A stretch of 64,000 bases of DNA from Vitrella brassicaformis CCMP3155 (taxonomy: Eukaryota > Protista > Chromerida), in contig CDMY01000404.1 in NCBI GenBank assembly GCA_001179505.1, positions 21,561 to 85,560 on the forward strand, written 5' to 3'. Under the pieces are notes generated by a model, which did no database searches, had not been told where the DNA came from, and worked only from the letters and a program-made list of their open reading frames with translations. Of the stretch, positions 24,708 to 36,930 are shown piece after piece. The position numbers and the translations under genes are program-made. Position 1 is the stretch's first letter; the number at the start of each line of letters is the position of its first letter.

Positions 24708-25970
24708 ATGGAAACTCTCATCGCTTCACTCGCCTTCATCAGCCTCTTGATGACGGCTTCCGGCTGGCTGACGGCTGCTTATCAGCGCTTCTCGACGTTC
24801 CCACTGGACAAGAGGAAGTGTGCGCGACCGCAGTGCTGCCCTGCCAAAGGTCCTCCGCTGCATTTGCATCATGCGACTGCGCACTGCGTGCTGATGGGCC
24901 TTGAGGACGCCTCATGGAGGGCAGATGCGGCTTCGCGGCGAAGCGCCATTGCAGCTGCGGCGGTGCCTGCAACGGTCCTTGTGCCTCTCACGGCTCTATT
25001 GCCAGCCTCTGCTGATGAGTCGGAGGCGAGAGAGGATGCACCAGCGTCTCCGGACGCCGTCTTTCTCAACGAGACCACACCAAAGTAGGCCAACAAGCGG
25101 AAGATACACCAAACAAGACATCCGTCGATTGTTCTATACTTCCATTGTTGTCGCATCAGGATCACAGCTCGTTGTTGGTTGGAGATTGCCGAGGCGCCGA
25201 AGACAGCTGATGGCGCTCCCCTTCTCCTGGGCCGCCTCAACATCTCGGTTTATGGCGAGATTGTGCCCAAGACGGCAGACAACTTTATCCAGCTGTGCAG
25301 CTCGGGCAGTTACCAAAACAGCACTATCTACCGGATCGTAAAGGACTATGCCCTGCAGATGGGCGACATCGGTGCGGCCGGCACGGGCAAGAGCGGCCGC
25401 AGCGCACAGCCCGACGGCTCACCGCTGCCAAAGGAAAACACGCGCATCCGCCACTCGGTGCCGGGCCATGGTGTGGTGAGCATGGTGCGCGACCTCAAGA
25501 CCAAGAAGGTCGACAGCCGCTTCTTCATCACTCTCGTGGACGACGCCGGATGGGCCGACTCGCGCTTCGTGGCGTTCGGAAGGGTGCAAGGAGGAGAAGG
25601 GTTGATGGAGCAGCTTGGGAAAGAGAAGGTGGAGCCAGTGACCAACAGGCCGGTGCGCAAGCTCATCATCGCTGACTCGGGCGTGTACGGCCCCGATGAG
25701 CCCTTGCCCGTATCCCCGCCGCCATCAGCACAGTCCATTGTTAGCGCCAAGCCACGGCCGCTGCTGCCGACCGTCACCTCCCCAGCCGAGCCAAGGAAGG
25801 GTCTGTTTGATGGACTGCTGCCGTCGTTGGGTGGTGGAGAGGGCGGGGGGGAGATTCAGTCGACCGATTCTGCTGACAGGGAGGCAGATCGTGTGCGACG
25901 GGCCAGAGAGGCGCAGGAAGAGATCAGACTGCGGAAGAAGAGACAGACAGAAAGGGAAAGCGGCGAGTGA
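24708..25970 (+). CDS. Cyclophilin-type PPIase with tripartite targeting (signal peptide, plastid transit peptide, twin-Arg lumen signal); 2 exons
   Basis: METLIASLAFISLLMTASG signal peptide; SRRSAIAAAAV..PASA|DE Tat-type peptide. Intron at ~25086-25160. Cyclophilin core YGEIVPKTADNFIQLC..YRIV..LQMGD..VSM..SRFFIT..W..FVAFGRV. Confidence 0.88.
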
Positions 25971-26149
25971 ACGACTAGAGAAAGAGTGTATGGCGAGGCG
26001 AGTGTGCTGGTTGAAATTAATGGTGTCCAGAGGGATCATGCAATTGACGGAGACGAGCAAAGAAGGTGCATACTAAGCTGGTCGACTGTTGACTGATGCG
26101 TTTGGACCTCTCATACACCTTTGGAGAGAGGTGTGCTGTGTGGTGCTTC

Positions 26150-26900
26150 TGTTGTTGTCTTGCGAGCGAGGGGGTCGTGAGGGGGTCGTGTGTATGTCCG
26201 GATGGATGGATGGATGCATGGATGCTGCATGTGGTGCGGTCTGAACAGTCGTGCTATCTACCCCTCTGTTGGTATCGTCGTTCGGTTGGGTGTGGGAGGT
26301 CGATTCTGGCTCGTTTGAGATCGACATCCGTGCCCTCTGCAGGAATGCCTGGACCCAGGTGTTTTTGCACTGGGCAGCGTGCCGTGTGTCAAATGAGCCA
26401 GGACCGGCCAACATCCAAGAGAGCTCAAAGAATGGAAGAGCCAGAGACTGACAGGTGTGTGGTTGCTGCCTGTGTGCAAGGGTGGGCTTCTCACTCTCGG
26501 TGCCGTGATGGCTCATCGCCGCTGCATGTCAGCAGTGTCGGTGTGACATGACGGCACTGTGTCTCGGGAAGCCCACAGCGATGCACAAAGCGAATGACAC
26601 ACGTGTGTGAATGGGTGGGTATGGTTGGTGTCAATCCACAGGCATTCATTCAACGAACATGCAAACATCCACACGCACATCCAGGAATGAAATGAATGTG
26701 TCCGTCCATCGCCAACACGCAGACCACCCATCCATCCGCCTGTCATCCATTGCACAGAGAGCAGGAGAGGCCCACACTTGCAACTGCACTTCCGTCAGCT
26801 TATCCCTACTGCTGCCTCGCTCCACCCCCAGCCCTTTCTCGCTGGCCCGGCTGTGTGAGTGCAAGGGAGAGAGGGAGGGAGGGAGGGAGGGAGGCAGCAG
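26150..26900 (-). repeat. Inverted duplicate of ~195-965
   Basis: Same alignment as described for 195-965. Confidence 0.9.
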
Positions 26901-27623
26901 ACGTGAGGGCGCCGAAGTGCAAAAGACCCAGTGGCACACAGGCAGCCAAAAGTGGAACGCACGAATGGATGGATGTGTCTATGCCTGTCTATCTATCTGT
27001 CTGTCTAGAGGTCTACATGCCTTGTGCCGTGCCCTCCACGTGTTGTCTCTTCGTCTGTCTGGCCGTCTCTCTTGCCGATACGCTTGTGCTATGCTGTCTG
27101 TCTCCGTCTGTCTGTCCATCTGTATATCTGTGTGTGTTGATTACTATCGCTCCGACCGTCGACTGACTGCCGTGGTGTCCTGCCCGTGCGTGATAGCGTG
27201 TGAGAGTGACTGATGGATGGATGGATGGATGCGTGTGCGTGGTGTCTCTCTGTCTGCGCGTGGTGGACTGATTTATGGATTGATTCAGCCGATCCACGTA
27301 TGCTTTTGCAGCTCCCATGCACGCCCGAGAGCGGCACACCCGGCCGCCACACAGACACGAAGGCCGACCGACGCAAATATGTTCTCTCAGGCGCTTGCAC
27401 CCTTGTCAAGGTCGGGTGGTGTCTCACCCACCTCGTCGTCTCATTATTCTCCCCCGGCTCAAACACGTGCACGCCCGCTTCGTGATCATGAACATTTGAC
27501 ACATCAGCGAGCAGTCATTTCTACACACCATGAGTCTGGCCGTCAGCTATGCTACGCGTCTCTCCCTCCCCTCTATCGTCCATCCATCCATAGCTGCTGC
27601 ATACCACGAATTCAGCTAAGTGA

Positions 27624-29884
27624 CTATCCCTCCGCTCGGCCGTCTGCGCCTCCATTCCCCTCCACAGGTCCCTCCCCCTCTCCCTCGCTATCGTCGTCGT
27701 CCACGTCGGTGTCGAGATCGGCCATCCCATCGCTGTCGTCATCCTCGCCCTGCTGGCCTTGCTGGCGGGCGGCCCGAGCGGCCTCGTAGCGAGCCGTGTC
27801 GACACGGCCGGGGAAGTAGTCCAATAGTATATTCATTGCCTGATTTACGTCAATCAACACATAACATAACAACAAGCAGGCACTTTGTTGTCGGTGTCTC
27901 TTCTTGCTTCTGCATCTGCATCCCTACCTCAAACGCGACGTCCTGGTCGTCGTGTGTCTGCAGCGCCACCAACATGCTAACGTCAGCCTGCGTGTGCAAA
28001 CAGACATGACCACAGGGGGAGGGCCCACCATCACACTGTGCGCCTGTCTGTCGCTATGTCAGTCACCTCTCGAATGAGCTGGCTGAAGGGGTTGTTGGGA
28101 AGGCTCTCGGCTACCTGCCTGTCCCTGCCATGACTGAAGACACATACACACACTCATATACACACACTCGTGGTGCTCCTGTGGAGTGGTCTGCTTACTC
28201 GAGTATGTTGCTGAGCACCACGAGGACGTTGGGGTCATCCGTGCTGTCCAGGAGGCCGCAGAGGCGCTGGACACACCCATACCCGACCAAACCTTCGACC
28301 TGAACACATGGACGGGTCAGGGCAGAAGAAGAATTGCGATCCGTTCTCCCATTCCCCCGCTACCTACCTGTTGCTGCGATGCGTTGTTTGCCAGGAGGGC
28401 CATGGCCTCTGCTGCAGCCTGCTTGAGGTGCCGCAGCCCACCCGAGACGATGAAGTTGATGTCGATGGTCAGGCCGCTGTCGGCGTACATGTTGTCCGCC
28501 GTCATGATGTCGAGGAGGTGCGGCACTGCTCCACTATTGACGACCGCCTCGACATGGCCAGCCGTCCCTTCATTCACAGACACACGGGTGACGTTTGCAA
28601 TCAGGGACGATTGCTGGTATGCATTCGTTCGTACCCTCACTGATCATGATCGTGAGAACACGACAGGCCTTGTCGTGCGCTCGCGCGAGACGAATCGCTC
28701 GCTCGCATCCGGCATCCTCCTCAGACATGTCAGACATGGATGCGGGCATCTGCGGTTGCATGATCTCGTTGGTCGCCGGTGGCTGCAGCAGCTGGCTGAG
28801 CCGCGGGATGACACCACACTCAGCCAGCACGTCACGATGGGCATCGGTACCTGCATCAACACACAACCAAGAGTTGACTGACAAACAGCGCCACCTCTCC
28901 GCGTCAGGGCAACTGACCTTGTGCAATGTTGTCTAGCACAGTTAATGCGTTCTCTAGCATTCCACACATAACCCACTCCCCCGCCGCCAGCTCCACCAGC
29001 CGCTCACACACCCCGGTCGCCACCACGGCATCGCGATGCTCATCATCGTCCCTGCCGTCACTGATGGCCGCCAGCGCCGACATGGCTCCATACAGGAGGC
29101 AGCCCTCTTGGTCGGGCGTGTGGGTGCAGATGATGTTGGCCAAGACGGGCACGAAGGGCCCGATCTTGTCGAATGCGGGTGGGTCGGGGTTCCAGAAGCA
29201 CAGGTAATACAGCAGGTCTGCACCGCCCTTGAGCACCTCGAAGGCCGTCCTCTCGCGCATCGTCGTCTGCAGTCGTGCGAGGACGCCCAGCTGCAGCATG
29301 TCGCCGCGCTCCTGGCCCAGGAGTGTTGGTCTGGCGAGATTGACCAGTGTCTTCATGGCCGCCACACACACGCCGTCATCGAGTGACGACACCAGCTCCA
29401 CGAGGGGCGGGACGGCACCGGCGTCGATGACGGCCTGCATCTCTGGCCCGACGCTAGGTGTAGGCGGGCCGTTTGTATTGCCGGATGCGATGTTGTCCAG
29501 TGCGGATGCCGCCTGTTGCTGATGGTCGGGGAGGTGGTCGTCGCCCAGCCGCTCCACCAGCATCGGCAGGATGCCTGCATCGATGGCCTTCTGGGTGATG
29601 CACGGCACATGCCTGAGGGAAACCAGCTGGACGAGTGGCCGCAGCAGCTGCGAAGTGCTGTCGGGAGTTGTGGCGATGCTGGTGGAGATCTGGGTCATGA
29701 CGGCAGAGATCTCGGCCTCCACGGCTTGAAGACCTCGTTCGGCCACCATCTGGTTGTAGCCCTCCTCCGTGCCGATGGAATCCAGCAACGCCGACGCCGA
29801 CGCGTTGACCAATGCGCCCTGGGGCGACTCGGACAGAGGGCGCTGCTCAGCCGGGTGCTGCGTCGTGGTCTCCACCGACTCCAT
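27624..29884 (-). CDS. Importin-alpha-derived armadillo-repeat protein
   Basis: ARM repeats AIDAGILPMLVERL..AASALDNIASG, VIDAGAVPPLVELVSS and VVNSGAVPHLLDIM. C-terminus LVALQTHDDQDVAFE|AMNILLDYF plus an acidic tail resembles importin-alpha LQxHxNxxIYxKAxxIIExYF. Confidence 0.8.
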
Positions 29885-30364
29885 TTCTACTCTTGCGATG
29901 GTACGCGGAAGCCGCTCAAGGAAAAGAAAAAACGCAAAATCGCTGGGAAAATCGGCGCCGTTCTGCTGGCCAAGATCGGATTGGCTAGGAGTGTCCGGGT
30001 TGTTTGTATGTCTGCTGTAGCCGACATTCACACGTGCACACGTCGTATCTGGATAAACAGCTGACATGTGCGTGCATGCTGACGGACCGACTGACTGACG
30101 GACGGACGGACTGTCCTAACCTCACCGGCCCACTACACACTGCATCTCTCGTAAGAACCAACCTCTCTCTCCGTGCGTGCAGTAATGAATGCAGCCAGTA
30201 TAAGTCTGACATCATGCCCCACACGGCAGCTGGCTGGCGTTCGCGTCTGGCGCTCATTGCACGCTCAACACAGGTATGTGCAATGGATGGATGGCTGGAT
30301 GGATGGGTGCGTGACGATCTGGTCATCATCGTCACGAATTGAACAAGTGGGTCCTGCAGGGATA

Positions 30365-30530
30365 CACACCCATGTCTGTGTGAGCTCTACCCATGTATTC
30401 CATCCATGTATTGTCCATCCATCCATCCATTGTCTGCCGCCAGCCGAGCTACATCAGCCGCACGCCGACCAGACTCACGTGTCTGAAACACACGACAGGC
30501 AACAGAGAGACAGGGAGGCGACGCGCGTTT
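30365..30530 (-). repeat. Inverted duplicate of 1-165, including the last exon and 3' flank of the adjacent gene
   Basis: Same alignment as described for 1-165. Confidence 0.85.
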
Positions 30531-33365
30531 ATTGAGTGGGTGCAGCTGGGGATGGTCTGCCCGTCTCTCACCCGGTGTGCCGCGCTCGACAGACAGGGTG
30601 CTGACGAGCATGCTGACCTTGCACAGACCGGTGCCGACCAGCTGCGCCAGGAAAGGCTGCTCAACGCGACGAGGCGACCCGAAAGTCATCTTGATCTGAG
30701 TCCTCTTGTGGCCCTGGCGACGCGACCAGAGAGACGTAAAGCAGATTGCCCAGTGGCCATCTGTCTGTCTGTCTGTCTGTCTGTCTGTGTAAGGGATGTT
30801 TGGCGTGTGTCGGGCACCTTGAGCTTGTCGCTGAATGAGGTCACAGCGGTCATCATGCTGCTGTAGAATGCCTCGAACTGGTCATCCGCTACCGTGTCTG
30901 AAACAAACGAACAGACAGACAGACAGACAGACAGAAGCACCATACACACAGACGCCACGCCGAATAGCTCTCCCACTTATTTCCGTTTCCCCCTCCTTAC
31001 TCTTCACGTCAACATGCACTTCCTCGATCGGCGGCAGCTTCGTGGTGTCACGGTGCCACAGACAGGGGTGGTCGCGGTGCTGGGGGTCCGTGAAGGTGAG
31101 TGCGTCGGCCGATAGGCTGACACACACTGACGACAGGCTCCTCTCTCCCCGCCCCCTGCTCTCCCACGCCGTCTGCAGCCGCTCCAGGTACTGCCACACC
31201 TCACGAACAGGTGCAATCGCTGATGCGTCGATGTGCGACAGGCTGGGCATGCCGGAGGCGACCTCCACTGCGCGCGTCTTCTTGGCGAGTGCACCACCGA
31301 CCAGCCGTAGGGTGTGGGCGGCGGCGAATGCGTCGTCCGTGATGGCCGCGGGGATGCTCTCGTCACGCCCGCTGTAAGTCACAGTGCCGGCAGTCTTAAC
31401 GAAGCCGCCGATGAGCTTCTGGGCAGCGGGAGTGCCGGTGCTGCGGCTGGGCGCAATCTGGCTGAGCGAGAGGAGCTCCGCGTCAATGCGTCCAGATGTG
31501 CCGTCGTCGTTGAGCGCGAAGACCTCCTCCCAGACTACCTCGGGAGCCGCAACGGCCTCACTGATAGTACACGAAGCACAATCATGTGCTGCCCCCTCTC
31601 TCTTTCTGCATCCTTACATGAGCCGGGCAGCGCTTCCTGACCACGTCACAGCACCGTTAAGACTCGGCATACACCTCACGGTGATCTTGACCTCGCAAAC
31701 GGACCGCTTGGCGCCTCTCGCCACCATCACGTCACGCAGCATGTCGATCCCGCTCCCGTTGGTATCCACCCGCACGACCTCATGCATAGACACACCTCGC
31801 AGTGTGCGCAGCGCCGCCAGCGACTTGCCGTCGGCGGGCAGCGCGCTCAGCAGACCGGCCGCGCTTGCGAAGTAGATGTTCTTGAGGTCAAGCACCTCAA
31901 TGGCCTCACAGCCGCCAACCCACACATTCAGGCCCTTCCACTCCTTCAGGCCATACGATGACTGACCCAAATCGGTCCCGACGCTGAGCGTCGTGACGGC
32001 AGGGGTGCGCCACTGGCGGTCTGCGCGAGCCGAGATGCACTCGAGGGGGATGTTGTTGACGGTCTTGAGTGCCGGCAGGTGGATGGGGGAGGTGGGGGCG
32101 GGGGGCAGGTCAGATGAGGGGAGAGGGTCGGGGAAGAGATTGCTTTCGTAGGGCCAGACGGCCTCGAATGACAGCACCTCCAATGTGCCGTCGTCAGCCG
32201 ACTGCCCGCAGCCGTCAGCTTGCCGTGCCGCAGCTGCCGCAGCTGTCCCCTCCCTCTCGCGCTTCTGTTTGGCTGCCATGGCCGCTCGGCCGCTGGCGTG
32301 GCCTTCTACCAGCGCCACCCACGTCCCGCGACACCAAGCCTCTCGACCCACGGGGCGCCGGCGCTTGATCTCTCTGATGTTAGTCGCCCTCTTCCCCCAC
32401 CTCTGCGCCACGGCCAGTGGCATGGCCGCCCACATGGGCCTCGCCGTGTCGTCCTCACAGTCGATGACCAGCTTGGCGTAGCTGGCGGCCGACTGGGTGA
32501 AGAGGCGCCTGCCGAGGGGCCGGCGGTAGCGCGTCAGCTCCCAGGGCTGCAGGTGGCCGAACACGTTGAAGAGATCATCACACGACAGACGGCGACGGGC
32601 CTGAGGGCAAAGAGAGAAGGCATTCATACGTTAAGGTGGGTTTGATGTATCAGGTCTATCGTGGTGTCATTCTCACCGGTTCTTCTAATTCGGGTGGACA
32701 GCCGCTCTCCTTGACCAGACGATACGATGGCCGCCGCGCCTGTGACCAACACATGCGGCGGAATGGACACAGTGCTCTATTCTGACTCTTTTGGGTGGAT
32801 GATGTGCACCTGTGGCTGTTGGTCGGTCTCTGCAGCTGCCGAGCTATTGGCTGGTGGCGGCGTGGCGGCGGCCGTCAGAGCATCCACGGCTCCCGAGAGG
32901 CCCGACTCGACAGACGACAGCTGAGTGACGGCGGCTTTGACATAAGACTCCAGAAGGGACAGCTGAGTGGGCACCAGCAGCGACTCATGGGACGATGCCT
33001 GCAAGACCACCGAAGGGCACCAAACAATGTGCCGTGACCTGCTGCCTGGTGCGGACTCTGCGTGTACCTCGGCAGGGTGATTGGCAGGGTCCAGCCGCTT
33101 GATCTTCGACAGATGAGCACCAACCTGATGCAGAGAGGAACAACAAACACAGCGAGAGGGTGTGGCGCTGGGCCTGTCAGGTGCGTTCATCACAGCATAC
33201 CTCCGAGTGAAGCTGCCGCAGCTGGTCCAGGCCTTGCTCCACACGCGCCGCCTGATCCTTCAACTGAACACAACACACAACACACAACATGACACCACAG
33301 CCGTTGGATGGAAGCTGCTGGCTTCTCTTGCCCGTCAGTCCGCCACCCACCTGAGCTGTATCCAT
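30449..33365 (-). CDS. Lineage-specific family protein with N-terminal coiled coil and F-box-like segment (multi-exon)
   Basis: In-frame spliced exons MDTAQ|LKDQAARVEQGLDQLRQLHSE|VGAHL..|ASSHES..|ARRPSY..|ARRRLSCDDLFNVFGHLQPWELTRYRR, then long exons ending HVSLVGVRLM*. The F-box-like call rests on motif pattern only. Confidence 0.7.
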
Positions 33366-33705
33366 GGCGCCGATCATATGCCGCTATCAACGGTCCGCAT
33401 GAACGGCGAACAAGCCTGCACCATCCCATGCAGCCACAAAACCAACCAGATCAGGCGGCGGAAAGCATTGTGAAAGGGCCGTTCCTCGGTCTGAATTCTC
33501 ATTTCTGTGCTCGACGTATGTCGCCCTCTGCCTGGGAGCCCTCGAGTAGCCCTCCCGCGCCACTCACCTGGTTAGTGCCACGCCTGGAATCGCTCCGGAG
33601 TCTGGCGATGAAAAGCCAGCCACAGGTGACCCCAAACAGCAAAGGCGGCAGCAATCACGCCTCTGCAATGAGTCTATTCCGTCAAATTGATGAGCGCTGA
33701 TTTAT

Positions 33706-33739
33706 AGGGTTTTCTGGGGTTTCAGGGTATGAACTACCC
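33706..33739 (-). promoter_or_regulatory. Telo-box-like motif, variant of the 31-bp arm
   Basis: AGGGTTTTCTGGGGTTTCAGGGTATGAACTACCC resembles 56002-56032 and lies between divergent genes. Confidence 0.5.
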
Positions 33740-34163
33740 CACCACCAGATCGCAGGCCCCCACACGAAAGGCACTAAGCAAACAAAGGCTGATTTGCTTC
33801 CTTGAGTTAGATCGGTAGGTCGCCTGCCTCCCACAAGCAAAGCAATTCATTCACACACATCATTCACAGCGGCTGTGACACTGTGTTTTAGCGTCCTTCC
33901 TTGTCTGTGTGCAGGTCTGAGTCACTGTCGTGTCGATGAGCTGAAAAGAATCGTCGCGTTTGTCCTTCCTGAGGTGCGCCAGGCAGAGTGAAGGAAAAGG
34001 CCAATTCGCATGGCCCATCGGCGCCGCCCTCATGTGCTGTGTGTTTGTGCGCACACAGGGAGGACCCTGAGCATCGCTTATTAGCTGCGGCTTCAGAGAA
34101 GGCATCGAAGACTTCTCATCGCACCGGACGACAGAGACCAGCCGCTGAATCAGATCTACAGCT

Positions 34164-36343
34164 ATGGAGGGGGGCGGTAGACAGGTGAGGCGCATCACAG
34201 CACTTTTTGCCATGAACAGCTCAGGTCACCGAACGGGTGTTTGCTGTGTGTGGTCGGGGCGTGGGTGCAGCGCAAGAGGACCCGTCACAGTGAGGACGCG
34301 CCGGCTGCGGCTTCGTCTTCGTCTGCTGGTGGTGGTGTTGAGAGTGACGAGGAGCGCCAGCGACGGGAGGAGAGGGAGCGAAACCTTCGGCAACAAATCA
34401 CTGACACGGTGAGCCAGCCACCGACGCACTGAGGGCATACACACTGATGGATATCCTCTGCCGTCCCATCTGCTGTGTTGCTGTACTTCAGGAGGGCCTT
34501 CTCAGCTACATGATGGCCTTCCTTCCCGTCAACCTTATGGTGCAGCTGGCCAAGTCCATCTGGCAGCACGCCGCGCCCGACCTCTCAGACGTCACCATCA
34601 GCTCGGCAACCAGGGAGGAGCGGTCGTTTTGGCAGCACGTCCATCTCGCCTTCGTCACCCAGCTGGCCGCCCGACTCACCCGACTCACAACCATCACCCT
34701 CCGGTACCCTGACGGGTTCCGCCTCTGGTGTTTCGACGTCTTTGTGGCCATCATCGAGGGCCACACTGCCGGCCGACGGGCAGCCAACCTCACCGGAGGG
34801 ACACTGCACATCATCGCTGTCAAAAGAGGCGTTCGGCTGATCGGCACGGCGAGGCAGACGGTCGCGAGGACTCACCCATCCCTCCCAGCCCCTCTCGACC
34901 CGCCCCCGACCCTCCACGCACTCACCACCATTGCCGGCCTGCGAGACGACCATGAGGAGCTGGCCGAGCGGGGCTGGCTGGTGCCATCACTCGCCGTCGT
35001 GCGGCAGGAGGGGTGGGACGCCGACAGATTGAGCCAACTCATCAGCTCGTCCCGCTCCCTGTGGTGTGTGGACGGGACGTTTGTCGGTGAGGAGTGGGCG
35101 GATGTGTTTGAGGACATCCCTGCGACACCGGCTGGGCAGCAAGGAGGGCCACTCGCACAGCTTGAGGAAATCGGCACTATCCTGGTCGAAGGCGACGATC
35201 TGGCCGGCCTCAACCGGCTTCAGGTGACCACAAAGGGCAGGACGGCAGGGCCCGTGGATTGGCTCATGATGTCCTTCCTGTATGTGTGTTCTTGCCTTCA
35301 GGAAGCGCTCGTTGCGCGTGGTTGTCGACGGTCACTCAAGCAGCTGCACGTGGAGTTTGGTGCCGCACGCATCGACCGCCACACACTCCCCTCGCTGCTG
35401 GCCCTGGATCGGCTCGTCGGCACGTGCTGGCGACTGGACGCCGAACTCATACTTGAAGTCACCACCACCAGCCGTTTCGACTTCGACCTCTCCATGTTCT
35501 ACGACACCGACTTTCCCACCCGCCCCTCACCCTCACTCAAGACCATGCTCCAGCAGCTGGCACGGCAGGCCCAGTGGGTGAAGTACATCCTCTCTCAGCA
35601 GGACCTCATCGACAACCTCGGCAGCCCCAGCCAATCGGCCATCGACATCGTATCCAGCCTCTCATTCCGTCAGGCCTATGCGGTGGCAGCTGGCTATGCC
35701 CCTGGCTTCGACCCCCCGGCCAACACCCCCTCGCCCCACCCCGCCATCATCACCCACATGCAGCCGTTGCCGAAATTCTCAGAGGTGCTCACGTTCCTGT
35801 GTGTCCAGAGCAAATTGCGTGGTGCTGCCGCCCGGCTATTCGCCACCAAGATGCCAAGGAAGATCGAGAGGGTGGTCATCGGATACCTGTCGAGTGGTGA
35901 GGAGAAGGTGGGCGTGTTAACGGCTTTGGGGAGTGAGAGAGAGGTGGGTACGGTGGAAATGAGGCAGGTAGACGTCGACCAGCTGGTTGGGGCGGCCGAT
36001 GGATTGCCGACGATCAGAGAACTGGAATTCACCCTGACACGTACGCCGAGAGGGAGATGAGGGCATTAGTGTCCGTCCTCATTGCTGCCTTGTGTGTGTT
36101 CCCTCCCCTTCAGTGCCCAATGGTGTGGAGGATGCCGGCAGCTTCGTCCGCACCCGCCTCTCGTCTGTGATCTCGCACATCAGGGGCCTCCGGCGTGTGA
36201 GGCTGGAGGTCGCCGCCACGACAGCTGATCAGCGTGCTTCCGTCGAGACCTCCGTCGCTGTGGGCACCAACATCGACGGCTTCATTATTACACGCATATT
36301 CAACAACACTTGGCTGACAATAACTGCAGTTCGCAATGCCTGA
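34164..36343 (+). CDS. Lineage-specific family protein with F-box-like N-terminal segment (multi-exon)
   Basis: MEGGGRQ|RKRTRHSEDAP..RQQITDT|EGLLSYMMAFLPVNLMVQLAK. Long ORF 34447-36060 contains small in-frame introns. Last exon PNGVEDAGSFVR..AVRNA*. Confidence 0.75.
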
Positions 36344-36930
36344 GGTGAGGGAACGGCACTCGTAGGGGCTGATTGTGTGACCGTGTTCACGTGTGACCTC
36401 TGTGTGTGTTGATGGTGGTCTGTCAGGCCGGCTATTGTGTGTGGTGGGTCATTCATAGCGGAGGGGCAGTGGGGCCTTCTTAGCTGACGACTCTTATGTG
36501 CTGCATAGCATAGCTGCGATGTGTGTGTTCGTATTGATGGCGGCTGCCTTGCTTGCAATTGCTCGGCGCGGCGGACCCAGACATATGTCTGATGCTGCAG
36601 CTGATGTGTTAGCAACGTATGTGGCTGGACGTTTGATGTGCGGATGAGACCGATCGATGGACCGCTTGGATCGATTTGTACACATCAACCGTATCTGACG
36701 ATCCAAGTCGGTCGACTGATGTATGGGGTGCCGTTCCATCACGTAGCATGGATGTCTCGCCGTGTGTCTCATCTCGGGCAGCCAGGCTGACTTGGCTGGC
36801 TCTAGTGTACACAGGCAGCCAGGCCGGCAGGGCCTCTCCCTCTCTCTCTCTCTCTCTCTCTCACGCATCGTGTACACAACCATCACTCTCACGAACCATC
36901 CACGACCCGTTTCAGCGTCCATCCACCACC

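Noticed and set aside
26905-27600. Small gene between the repeat and the ARM gene
   Set aside because: Isolated exon-like pieces on both strands could not be joined into a credible model.
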